Source: Neodothiora populina
Taxonomy: Eukaryota
Assembly: GCF_041146345.1 (NCBI RefSeq)
Contig: NW_027191406.1
Coordinates: 310,001 to 374,000, forward strand
Length of the DNA stretch: 64,000 nt
Direction: 5' to 3'
A model generated the notes under the pieces. It worked only from the letters and a program-made list of their open reading frames with translations, was not told where the DNA came from and did no database searches. How positions within the stretch are numbered: the stretch's first letter is position 1; every line of letters begins with the position of its first letter. The position numbers and the translations under genes were made by a program. Of this stretch, positions 38,336-50,027 are shown piece after piece.

Positions 38336-38977
38336 TCAAGGCGCCTTGGTCTTGAGCTGCACACCATGCCACTTCTTGATCTCTTCACCCAGAATCTTGT
38401 TCACCAGGCGATGTTGCTTGATCACGGGCAAGCCCTTGAACTGGTCGGATACGATGTCCAGCGCGTACATGCTTCCGCAGCCGCCGCTGATGTCCTGGAC
38501 CTATTTTCTTCGTTAGACCAACATTGTTTCCTCTTGACATGTACCCAAAGGAAAAGGTCCGCATGCTTAGTCGGGGAAGGACCGGTGAGTAGTTATGTTC
38601 ACCCTTCCCTAAGCCGCTTTTCGCTCGTGTTCGGTCTCTCGCTTATTTACCTCAAGTCTTTGCGGTCGCAGTTCGTCCTTGATGATGTTGAAGATCTTCA
38701 ATTCGCCTTCGCAGAGGTAATCCGGGGCTTCTAATGATGATGCTGCTGCACCCGAGGACGCTGCTTCCGCTGCGGCAGCGGATGAGTTCCACCGTCTACA
38801 GAGGTTGGCATTCGATTTCCTGGGAGCGATATGCGATGTGAGGCAGGCGGGGCGCAGAGCGGAAGGAGATGATGTGCTGCTATGTATCGATCGTGTTGCG
38901 AGTGGGGATCTCGTAGTCGTCGTCGTCCGCGACAGAGTTCCTGCTGTGCGGCGGAGGAGAAGTCTGGACGAGTTCAT
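38336..38977 (-). CDS. Mitochondrial BolA-family protein (Bol3/Aim1-like)
   Basis: LE|VQDISGGCGSMY...FKGL..IKQHRLVNKIL..EIKKWHG. Intron 38650-38501. R/S/T-rich presequence. Confidence 0.9.
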
Positions 38978-41900
38978 GATCACTTCTATTTGACTGATTC
39001 TAATCCTGCTTTGATTGGGGATGAATAAATGTTTAATTTGTGTAGTGGTATTTGTCGTGTTGTAAAGAACAAGCAGCCCGGAAACTTTCTAGCGGAAGCA
39101 TTGTGCTGCTTTGTGCCTTATTGATGACGGAGAAGTTGCGGAGTGTGGTCAGCAACTGATGCGGCTACTGATGGCCATAAGTCGTGGTAGTAGTAGCGAC
39201 GGTTCTTTGGTCGTTGACAAACAGCTTTTGTTAAGTCGGTGCAGCTTCCTCTGCTTATACTTTTGCTATATCAAGGTGCTTATAGTACTAGGTCATTCTT
39301 CAAGAGCACAGAGATCCTCGAATAGTGATAGGCCTCCGGCTTTTTCTGTATGATCTTCCACTTCGTTCAAGTCTCATTCGAACAATTCGAGTGAACAGAA
39401 GCAACCCCAGCCGAGCTTACACCCATTGACCGCGGTCAAGTCACTGGAGTTTGACAAGACCTAGACCAAGTACTATCCGGATCCCTGGACTACTCGCCTA
39501 AGATAGGCTGTAATTCATAAACTTCGAGATTGTCTGTATACTCCAGTTCCTCCGATGTACTTGTCCTCATCTCATGACAGCACGTGTATCGCGACCCCGA
39601 CCCTTCCCCACCATTTTCTTTCTGTTCACGAACGCACACAAAACCGCCGTTAACCGTAGCTGATCATGACCCTGACATGCGACATGGAACATCTGAAGAT
39701 CACCTTACTGCTGTAAGTTTCACAGGCGTGTTAAGCATGAATGATGCACGCCACTGTAAGTCCTTCACGCAATCTACTCCTCTACCTTCCTTTTCTGTCC
39801 TCATAGATCCCCTCTGTCTCCACAAGTCAACAACGAATCAAGGCTGAGCCAAGACCATGCATGAAGGGAAAAAGATGGAGAGCATATGGGGTGCGTATGG
39901 GTATGGCATACTAAACGCACGACATGACTTCAGCAAGGATATACGTGTCACGCATTCTCAGGTTATGCTGCCGCAGCAGCAGCAGTAGCTACTACTACTG
40001 CCTCCGTGTTGATCCACCTATAGGCGTAACCTCCGCTATGCACTTCTGATGAGAAGTCAGCAATATCGACACACTGAGTATCAGTGAGGCGCTTATATGA
40101 GGCCTGCATGACTCCGCTCCCGCAATTGCGTGACACAGCCCTGAAGTATGTCTACAGAAACAAAATAAGTAGCGTCATACGTAGGATCACCACTTTCTCG
40201 ATGAGCTGCTGTCACTGTTGTGGCGTATATCAAACGGCAAACAAGTAGGTGGACTCGCATGTCGCGGCTCGACGGCCACGTCCAACAGAACAGCAGAAGT
40301 ACTTACAGTACTTGCATGTTGTCCAGGCCCATTCTCGCTTCAGCTTTCCGTGACAGATCGCAGATCTCGGTCGTTGGCCCTCTGAATGTACGTACCCCAG
40401 CAGTTGTTTATTTTCGGTAAGTCCATCCCTACGCACGCACGTGTGGAACCCTTGCTCTTCTGTACTTCTCCCGACATGAGAAAGTACAGTAATACAATTC
40501 GACCTTACCCCCCCCCCCCTCTCAAAGGGAGCAGGGGTAAAGTCACGTTTGCCAACTCCAAGATCGACAAGTACTCTATTTATGTAGAGACGTTTGTGGA
40601 GTGATCCAACGATGTTTTTCTTCTGGACCCTTATGTCTCCATGTACAGTATACCAAGAACATTAAATTGTTCATCAGGAATTTCGTACTCATGCAATAAG
40701 TAATATGTGCCTGTCTGCGAAGTGCGACTATACCAAGTGGCCCAGCCTGGATGAAGATAAAGTGCAATATGCAGTGCGTTCCGCCATTCTTCGAAACCTC
40801 CATGGCAATGCGGTGAACCTTGGAGAGATACTTTGCTGCAAGCCACTGCCGTTGAGAGCGCCCAGAGTAGGATTGATATCCGCTCAACATATACGTACCT
40901 CCCATCTGTACGCCACATTGTGCAACGAACTGGACCCCGTATGGAGAGACTTTGGAGATTCAACAACCCATGCTAGATCCATTGGCATGTCATCAAATGA
41001 ACTAAAGCCAACAAGGTTGCGGACCTACCAATCTATCCGTATAGGAAATGTCATCAGAAATTGAGACGAAGCAGGGTCCTTTGTTAGATATGCATCAAGG
41101 TCTAACACAGCCCTGCTCGCATTTGGAAGTCCATCGCGCGGCGAATAGAAGAGGTAGTTCACCTCGTTCCAGGGTCTCAGGAGCTCCAGTAGGTTTGCGG
41201 CGGAGTGGTCTCCCGGCTGACACAGCATTCCCGCGGAGAACCGACATCCACTGGAGGGCTGGAAGTATGTGGCACACGACAACGGTGTCTTTAATTCTTG
41301 TGTATTTGTCGCAACTTACTTCAAAGTGCGTTTTGCGATTGCCCAAGGAATCTGCGTTGCACGGGCGAGTCTCCACACTTACCCCAGCGGGGATATGCAT
41401 ACTGACATTCTCATTCGGACCGAACATTGTCTGGAATCACCGTGTGTGAATCCACTCGCCCACACTGTCCTGTAACGCCCTCTCCACAGCCATCTTGAGG
41501 ATGGTGAGGTTTTGAGCTCCGGGGTACTCACCGGCGCACCTTTGTCGAGTGTTCGGGGATTCAGAATGTCATTACGCATAAAACGTTGAAGCGGCTATCT
41601 TGTAGATCTACTCCGTGTCCTCGAGTGTTCGGAGGCAGCCGACCCTACAAGGACGTCCCGTGCATGAAGATGTGTCCGTAAATCTGCATGCGCCATATTG
41701 CCACACTGAGTCGAAATATTCCACGAGTGTGGACCATGACCAAATAGGCGTGCAGACGTAGCAGCAGGGAAACTGAACGTTAGGGTGGCAATGACATTCC
41801 GTTCAGGCAGGCTGCCGGCCACATGTATGGACGTTTGAACCACCGGCGATGGGAACGCGCCTACGTGCGCAGCAGCATTTGTCTAGACGAGATAATTTGG

Positions 41901-42027
41901 CGCACTGTACGACAATCGAAAATTCGAGTGCCGTAAAAGCTCGGGACGGCAGTCAATTGAGATGCGACATTATCGATCGAGTAGCTCAATATCCATCACA
42001 CTTTCCAATTGAGCAGGCTGATTGACC

Positions 42028-42089
42028 CCTCGGAGAGTAGAGTGATGCCCTCGGAAAGTACTGTAGTGATAACCTCGGAGAGTAGTGAT
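42028..42089. repeat. Three imperfect tandem copies of CCTCGGA(G/A)AGTA...GTGAT
   Basis: Copies at 42028-42046, 42049-42070 and 42073-42089. Confidence 0.8.
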
Positions 42090-44712
42090 GGGAGAGGCGA
42101 AAGTCAAAATCGGGTTAGACAAAGTACTGTTCCGTTGTACCTTGCGCTTTGCTTCCAAGATTGAATTAGCCAAATTAGTTGATGTGCTGTCGATGAATGA
42201 GCAGGACTAGGGCAGCGCAGGCTGCACGGTCGAGTGCACTGATTGTATTTCGTGCATCAATGCACACAGCCTTGTAGTGATGAGGCTCGGACTTCAATCT
42301 TCGATGCCTCTACAGGAATCGTCGACTCATGAAACATATTTTAGGAACCGATCGTGCTACGCAGCAAGGTAGATCAAGTTTTTACTCAAGTCAAAGTTAA
42401 ATCTGAGCCTAGCGTCGCGAAATCAGGAAACCGTAGTAGCGGTGCGCGAATGTCTTCAACGTTGTTTCTGCCAATTTCATCAATAGCAACCCAATGTTGT
42501 CCCATGGGCATGTTGTAAATAACCATAATTATGGATAATCACTGTACATCAATACCTCTGGCAGCTACAAAGTATGATAATCTGCGGTGTCGGCGACTCA
42601 CGTGTTCTTGGTCCGAGTCGACCAGCTGGCTGGTGGATCTACAATTGAGACAAGCAGAATTATTGAAATATTCATCTGACAAGGACGGACAGCCAGCGAT
42701 GAGAGTGGCGCTATTAGCATTGCGCAAGCGCACACTTGGATAGTCTGCTCAACATTTGCAGCTCGCGTTAGAAGTGATGTGTCCGCTATAGCGACACTGG
42801 AGGAAGGATACACTATATGTGGTACAATCCGATGAGATGCAAATATGCGAGATGAAGCATTATATCTCGTGTGCTGCTTTCCCGCTCTGCGTGCCGCTCG
42901 TTCGAAACCTCGGCCTCCCCTACAAGGTTTGTTATTGCTGCTTAAGGAGACACAGGGGCCGCAAAGGGAACCTGGAGTGACTTTTCCTTTCGCGGGCGTT
43001 GCCTGTATTTTAGTGTCGATGGGGAACTCCACATCTGGAGCATACGCGCGCCAACAAAGCTCATAATTTCGTCAGCGTCGGGAGACTGTGCACTGCTGCA
43101 GTTGAACACTGCTGCACAAAGCGCTGACTCACTTCGATCAGTCCGAGCGTTCCGACGAGCCACAATCTCTGAACACATTATGGGGTTGAGTGGAGAAGCA
43201 CTGAAGTGGAAGTTCGATCAGCATCATTGCTACATAACAAGGACTCGGTATTGGTATTATTTACGAATTAACACAAGGGCATGCATGCTTCTGGCCAGTT
43301 CCTTGATATGAGAAGCAGGGGCGCCGGATTCCGGACTCGTAGGTACCTTACCCGTCCCGGCGATAGGGATGTACACAAAGCACAGCGACTCGTAGTGTAC
43401 AAGCCGGCAGCAGAGTGAAAGCAGCAAAAGTCGGACATGCATGATAACGGATCAGCATGGGCATGGCACTAGCCACGCCTATGCCGGAATCGGCTAGCTC
43501 GGACCAACTTGACGAAATTCCCAGACAAGGCAGAGAGCAACGCTTGGAGACAGTTTGATCGCATAGGAAGTCTACATCGGCTTTATCGATGGCTGGGTGG
43601 GTGTATCACCGATCGAGTTCGATTCGAGAGCCAAGTAAGCAGCACCTCGGGATACTGTTGAGCGCGAAAAAAGAGACGGCGTGCAATAGGGTAATTGGCA
43701 CTGCACAAAGGGCATGGCATGATATGCCATTGCGGTGTACAGTATATGCGACCAGGCATGGGAGAAACATTCAATGTACGTAGATGTAAGCATCAGCGCT
43801 AGCCTTGATGCAGGACTACTGTGTTACATGCTTTGCGAGGGAGTTGTTTCCATTAACTGTAAATCTGAGTACCAGTGTACCCAAAAGAGTGCGAAAGGTT
43901 TGACTGGACTGATTGATAAGGTTGGAAAACAGTTTTGGTGGTGTGGGCACGTCTTTGCAGTGCCGTGGGTGCCCCAAAGAGTTTTGTACCCCAGCCGCTG
44001 GGGCTGCCGTTCGAGCCGCCATCTGGGTCCAGAGCAAGCGCTGCGTAAGTCAATCCCCAACCCGATGCGTGCGCTGAGGAATCCTCGCTTGCTTGCTTGT
44101 CAAACTCAGAATCGGCTCTTCGCACCAGTTGCATGGGGGTGGAGCCACAGTTCTGCAATCCTGTTGCATCCGTGATTCGCGCGCTGCGCTCGTGCCCGCA
44201 CCTTTCAACCTTTCAACGACCTCTCCTCAACCAACGAAACCCAGTACGTCGCTCATGTTCCCCTGCACGCTCCACAAATTATAGGCCTTTGCCAGCCTGA
44301 ACCCTTCTCTTTTAATTCTTCTTCATCCGCACTCTCGCGACTTTTCGTAGGGGTTCACTCGGAGCACATAGATAGCACACTGCTGGTCGGGTCTAATATT
44401 TGCTCGATCTTGATCATTCATACGACATCATAGGTTGGCAGTGACGACGCTTTGGGTTGGAACACCAGAGGCACACACTTCCTGCTTTTCAACCTCCGAC
44501 ATCACAACATCAACAACAAGCCAACGACTCTTCGGAAAGAAGGCACTCTCATCGCTTTCTTGCTCCTTCACGTTTAGAATAGTGCAGCTTTCACTAGCTG
44601 TCACTGATCAGTGTTAATCCTCGACCCTAACGTGTCTCCCTATCGAAGAGTACATTGACCTCCGAGAGATCCGCTCTTCGTGCTCGCTGTTTTTTTGCTT
44701 CTATCTTTTCCC

Positions 44713-44771
44713 GTAAGTCGACGAAAGCCCGTCTCGGCAATCTGTTCTTTGTCTCTTATTGACCTCGACAG
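44713..44771 (+). other. Probable 5'-UTR intron of the CBM21 gene
   Basis: GTAAGT donor, TTGAC branch and CAG acceptor; 59 nt long; lies in an ATG-free leader. Confidence 0.6.
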
Positions 44772-44842
44772 TATTTGCGCAGTCTTTGTGATGCACTGCC
44801 GCTTTTGAAACTCTCATCCCCGCATTCTCTAGATCTCCCGGA

Positions 44843-47057
44843 ATGCCTTACACACCCCCAGCTCAGCAGTCACCTGCACAGTCAAAGACGACGAGTCCGA
44901 GGCCCAGTCGGTCCTCGTCTTACATTGGCGACAGTCCCGTCTGTCGGTCGCCTTCGTCTCCACGACCGAGCCTTCCCCGATCCGTCTCATCTGCAGCTTA
45001 TATGAATAAGCAGCGACGGGGCCCTTCATCACTACAGTCTGATGCATTATCCTTCCCTCATTCTCCTGCCGAGGAGAGTCCCTCCAGACCTTCTAACCCC
45101 CAAGACTCTGCTGTAACGCTATCGCAAAATGGTAGCATTCATTCAACGCCGCGACTGGGCAAGCCATTGATGCCGATAGGGGCTGTCCTATCACCGCCAG
45201 CGTCTTCCGAGAATTCTGACGGTGAGTCGGAGCCGTCCCGTGGTCGAGAGCTCGGACGCAGTTGGAACGAGTTGGAACAGGCCGTACGTTCCATAGAGCT
45301 CAAGCGTGAGCCGTCCCCAGAGCGTAACGATGCTGCCGCACCACAGTACGCAAAGTCGAGGTCCGAGCCAACTACAACGATGCACTCGCCCACTCCCCTA
45401 TCTGCCGAGGCACGCAAGATCACCCACTCCCGGTCGTCGACTGAAACAGCCATCATCATCCCCGAGAGACCCAGTTACTCAGCTTCCCCTGCATCGGATT
45501 ATAGTGACGACGATGAAGAGCTACGAGTCAAGCCCCCTCTGCTAAGGAAGAAGTCCGGAGAATTGGTCAAACCAGCTCTCCGACCTTCGTCTAGACGCAG
45601 ATACTCCAGCATGCCTGGCACCCCGACGTACGGCAAGTCTGTACATTTTAATGACAATGGAAACCAGACCAGACATTTCTTGCAAGTCGACAAGCCATCT
45701 GCTGTCTCTGCCGGATCCTCTCCTGTCGAGACTTATGATAGCGAGGTTGAGTACCCATTTGAGCCACGTGCGTCAAAGGCCGACTGGACTATCAAGTTGG
45801 CAAATTTCCCCGAGGATACGTACGAGCGTAAATCAAAGCCAGTACGTGTGGAGCGCCTGATCCTCTCGTCTGACACAAAGACACTCGTCGGCACTGTCGC
45901 GGTTGTCAACATTGCATTCGAGAAGTTAGTCGTTGCTCGCTTTACTCTCGACTATTGGAAGACGACGTCCGAGGTTCGCGCTGACTACGACAACGATGTT
46001 CGTCGACAAAATCCTACCGACGGTTGCGATCGGTTCACCTTTAGCATCCGACTCGCTGACCAAGCCAATCTTGAGAACAAGACACTTCTGCTATGCATCA
46101 AATACGCGACCAACGGACAGGATTTCTGGGACAACAATGACAACATGAATTACCAGATTGATTTCGTCAAGCAGATGGCCAAATCCGCCTCGACAACGTC
46201 AATGTCTTTGCCATCTTCGCGAAAGAGTCTACCTCGTAGCCGACACTTCCCACCGACGGCATCGTCTGGTAGCGGTCGTGCACCTCCCTCGGATGACGAG
46301 TCTAGCTTCGAAGGTAGCTCAACATATCACTTTGGCTCGCCCGACAAATTGCTTGGAGACTCTTCCAGCACCGCAGTCAAGCTGAAGCCACGTGCCAAGC
46401 GAGTGGATCTAACCCGTGCTGGTTCTGCTCCTTCTGTCAACGGACTCGGAGGCAGATACGACTTCGGCGCATCCCTGAGCGCTGCACTCTCCAATGCTCA
46501 GGATAAGCTCGGCAAGCAAAGTGGGTTGATGACCCACCAACCAGCCCGTTCCGGACCTCGTGTGGCTGCCAACTATTTTACTCGTTCTCCTCCGGCAGAT
46601 GCCAAATCCACCACTATCCCGGACCGTCCGGACTCCATGACAACCGACAGGCCTGCCATGGGATCCGAGCAGTACAAGGACCTTGTCCAAAAGTTCTGCT
46701 ACGTAGGTTCCAACACTTCACCGACCAAGGTCTAAGCCTGACTGGATGCTAATCGTCAATCAGTTTACTCCCGGAGGCTCGGGAAAAGTTTCTCCTCCAG
46801 GATCGAAGCCAGCCGGTACCGACGGTTCGTGGGATAGTGGCTCAAGTACTCCCAGTCCTCCGCAAAGCATGTCTCCCATGATGGATGGCTCGAGTGATCG
46901 CCGAAGCCACAGCGCACTAAGTTCGCAATCTGCTTCACCAGGCCCTTTGCCTAGCAGCGGCTTTGCCACTCGTGACGCACCCATGAACTTTGGCCACTAC
47001 TACCGACCAAGCGGCTACTTGTCGGACTCTCACACACCTACCGCAATTCGTGGATAG
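44843..47057 (+). CDS. Glycogen-targeting PP1 regulatory subunit with CBM21 domain (Gac1/Gip2-like)
   Basis: RKKSGELVKPAL; RVxF motif KSVHF; CBM21 segment GTVAVVNIAFEK...FTLDYWKT...FWDNNDNMNY. Intron 46703-46763. Confidence 0.9.
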
Positions 47058-50027
47058 ACGGCACTGGTGGTGCATGTCTTCTCGGGCTACATGCCACTAT
47101 GCATACCCCAAAAATTTGCCACGACTTCCAGGTGATTGTCTCTGGGTGGAGTGTGCTCCAAGCCATCGGTACATATATACCATCCGACAAAGTCTGGCAC
47201 CTTACTTGTCCGTCGATTTTACTGGAGCAGGATACATAACATCGCTTCAGAGTGTGCACTTTCAGCGATTATTCTTTATTGACAGCGTTTTTCTCTCTTG
47301 ATTTGCATGGCGCTCCGGAATGGGGTTTTGTGGCAAAGATTTGTTTTTCCGGTTGATATCATGGTTTCCCGACTTGTTGGGAGCTTTCTTATTACCTTTG
47401 GTTCGATTGGCGATGCGGATACCTTTCAAAAAAGCGTTGTATCTCGGCATTATCTGCATTGTTTTGTTTTATTCCCTATTGCTCTGGACAGGGGATGGAC
47501 GATCCGCTGAAAAGGGTGGTTCACGTTACGATGGAGGGCTACGACGGTCATTTGCATTGCACGAGACACGGTTATTCAGTTTAGGTCATAATTATAGAGG
47601 TCGTTTGGGATGGCTTTCGGGAGCTGGACACATCGATATGAACTGGTAGCATCAGGCAGTCGGTGGAGCGCAAAATTGGGTGAATGGGATTGTACTGTAT
47701 GCACACATAGCTATCAAAATGGCGCACACATACACATCTATTCCCCCTGCTCTTTTTCCAATTACGGTGTTTAAGAGCGAAAGGGTCTGCAAACGATAAC
47801 GCCACACCTTGCGGTAGGTAAAAGAAATTAACAACACAGTATGGCAAGTTTAACGTGCCGAGCCAATACAAAGTTACGAAGTCGCATTCACGAGAGTGTG
47901 TACGGAGCGACTGTGGCTTGTGGGTTTTGCTCGTCTCCAGGGCCATCTCGGCGCACTCGGGTGTCACGCTATTGCAGCCAATTTCTGGACTGCGGAGTCA
48001 CGCAACACCTGCATATTATACAATCAACAGGCGAATCCTTCCCTTTGCCCCTCTCACCCTCCTACAGTACCTCACGCTGAAACGTCGGCCGCTGCCTCAA
48101 TACGATACAAGAAGCGCGAGCCCATACTCACATGGGTGGTGAGACGCGCAGGCAGAGCAGTGAGAGAATGTGCTCACGCCGAGGCCGGGTAACGGACGCA
48201 AAAGTTGAAGCACATCAGCACGGCCGGAACGGCTGTAACATCTGAACCGATGTGTGTGTTCAGCGCGACGGAGAGTGGAGTTCAGATAAAGTACACGCGA
48301 GTCTAGATGAAAGTACGGGTGTCGGCGATACTGTAGGAAGCGGAGTAAGGACGTAATCTGGGAGCGAACTATGAGAAGGAACAGTTTCCTCGAATCACTA
48401 CAGGTGCTTGAAACGATTTGCAGAGATGCACAGTAATTACAGTAAGCTAAGCTAAGCATCTATGTGAGCTGGGTGGACCCTTGGAGACAACTCGAATATC
48501 CTACTTCTTGCCAGGGGGACGTGATGCGTCTTACAAGAGGTGCAGAACGTACGGCATATGATGTTACAAGGCGTGCATGCATTCTTTTCCTGATATGTGT
48601 ACGATAAGATGATGTAGCTGCTGCTGCTATGTGTCTACAGCGTGCAGCATATTCGCCATGTCAAGACATTCTTGCATCGTGCACCTACAAGTTCGCTTCC
48701 TTGTGCATTGGTAATCTGACCGGGCGATCTTGAACCCTGCCTAAGGTAGCTATATTACAGTACTGTGAGTGCATGATAAGCTGACTGCGAGATATTGTGT
48801 TATAGTAGTGTACGTCTGCACAATGCTGCATGTTGTACAAGAACTACGCTGTGAAAGATTGCATTGAGACATATCTCTGCCGTTTGCAGTGGCGGCAGTG
48901 GATACTGCGGTTACGGGAAAGGGTGGATCTTTCGAGGTGGGGAGTGAAATATATCAGGGTGTATGTGTTTCTGTCAGCCCACGGAAATATGGAAATTGGA
49001 GCATCCGTCGATAGTACAGCAAGTACGGTTGAATTGCGTGCGTGGGGTGATATATGGGCTCACTCTACGAAACACACGAACGAAGCACTGATATCATTCT
49101 ATACCGGCAGAATGTTCCTTCCAGAACATGTTTCTAGATACGGCACCCTGAGTCTGCAGCAGCGTTGCTGGAAAACGGGTCTTTGATTTTAGCACCTTTC
49201 ACATGTGAAGGAACGTGTTCGCAGGGTGTTCGAGCACGCCGAACGGCGTACTGTGCACCGAGTGGTGAAGCCGCTGATAAGGGCACAACGTACCGATTCA
49301 TTCTGCTGTTATTGGTAAGCTACTTGTACGGTAATGGATGCTTCGCATGGCCTGATCTCTTGTGCTGTCCCTCGAAGGTGCTTCACGCTTCCATTGGAAG
49401 ATTACGAGGCAGACATTGCCGACGTGTATCCCTTCGTCCGGTACTTGTACACCATGATCGAGTGTGATCTTCGTTGACATGCTTATGTGATGTAAAACGT
49501 TGCGTCTGACTTGCGGTGCGAAGAGGGTCGGAGCCAGCTGCTTGGGTTGAGGACGTGTGTTTTCAGAATGCACATCTGTAAGTCTAGAACAAGCACGCAA
49601 CTGTGTGTGTTGAGCAGAATCATAGGTAGGATGCACTTTCAATTCGCGTTTCTTTTTCTAGACGGTGTGAGCTCTGGCCTCTCGGGCCTCTCGGGCATCC
49701 CAAATGATCGTCTGTGGCATCAGTTGGGAGAGCGCTAAAGGCTTGACTGGTTCATGTCTAGGTGGAAGATCTAATAACGACGGCTTCTTTACTAGTGAAG
49801 TCCAGAAGCGATAGTATAAGCGCTCAGGATAGACGTCAGCGCCTGATGCCGTTATCGGTATAGCGTCGACAGGACCCAACTCTTCCAGAGATGGTCTCAG
49901 GAATGGTTTCAGATGTTCAAGATCCAGATTGATGTTAATTATGAGCGAATCAGGATAAACTATGTGAATATTTCTCATTCCTCATCAAGTTCATGCTAAC
50001 GTCAATTATATCAGCCAAGCTATGCTC

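Noticed and set aside
42028..42089. CRISPR-like repeat array
   Set aside because: Eukaryotic context, no unique spacers and no cas genes.
39000..44300. Many 60-146 aa ORFs in the long intergenic region (likewise 47.1-49.6 kb)
   Set aside because: They are Cys/Arg/Trp-rich and random-looking, overlap on both strands, and show no domains. No transposase or RT motifs and no AT-rich RIP-like tract were seen.
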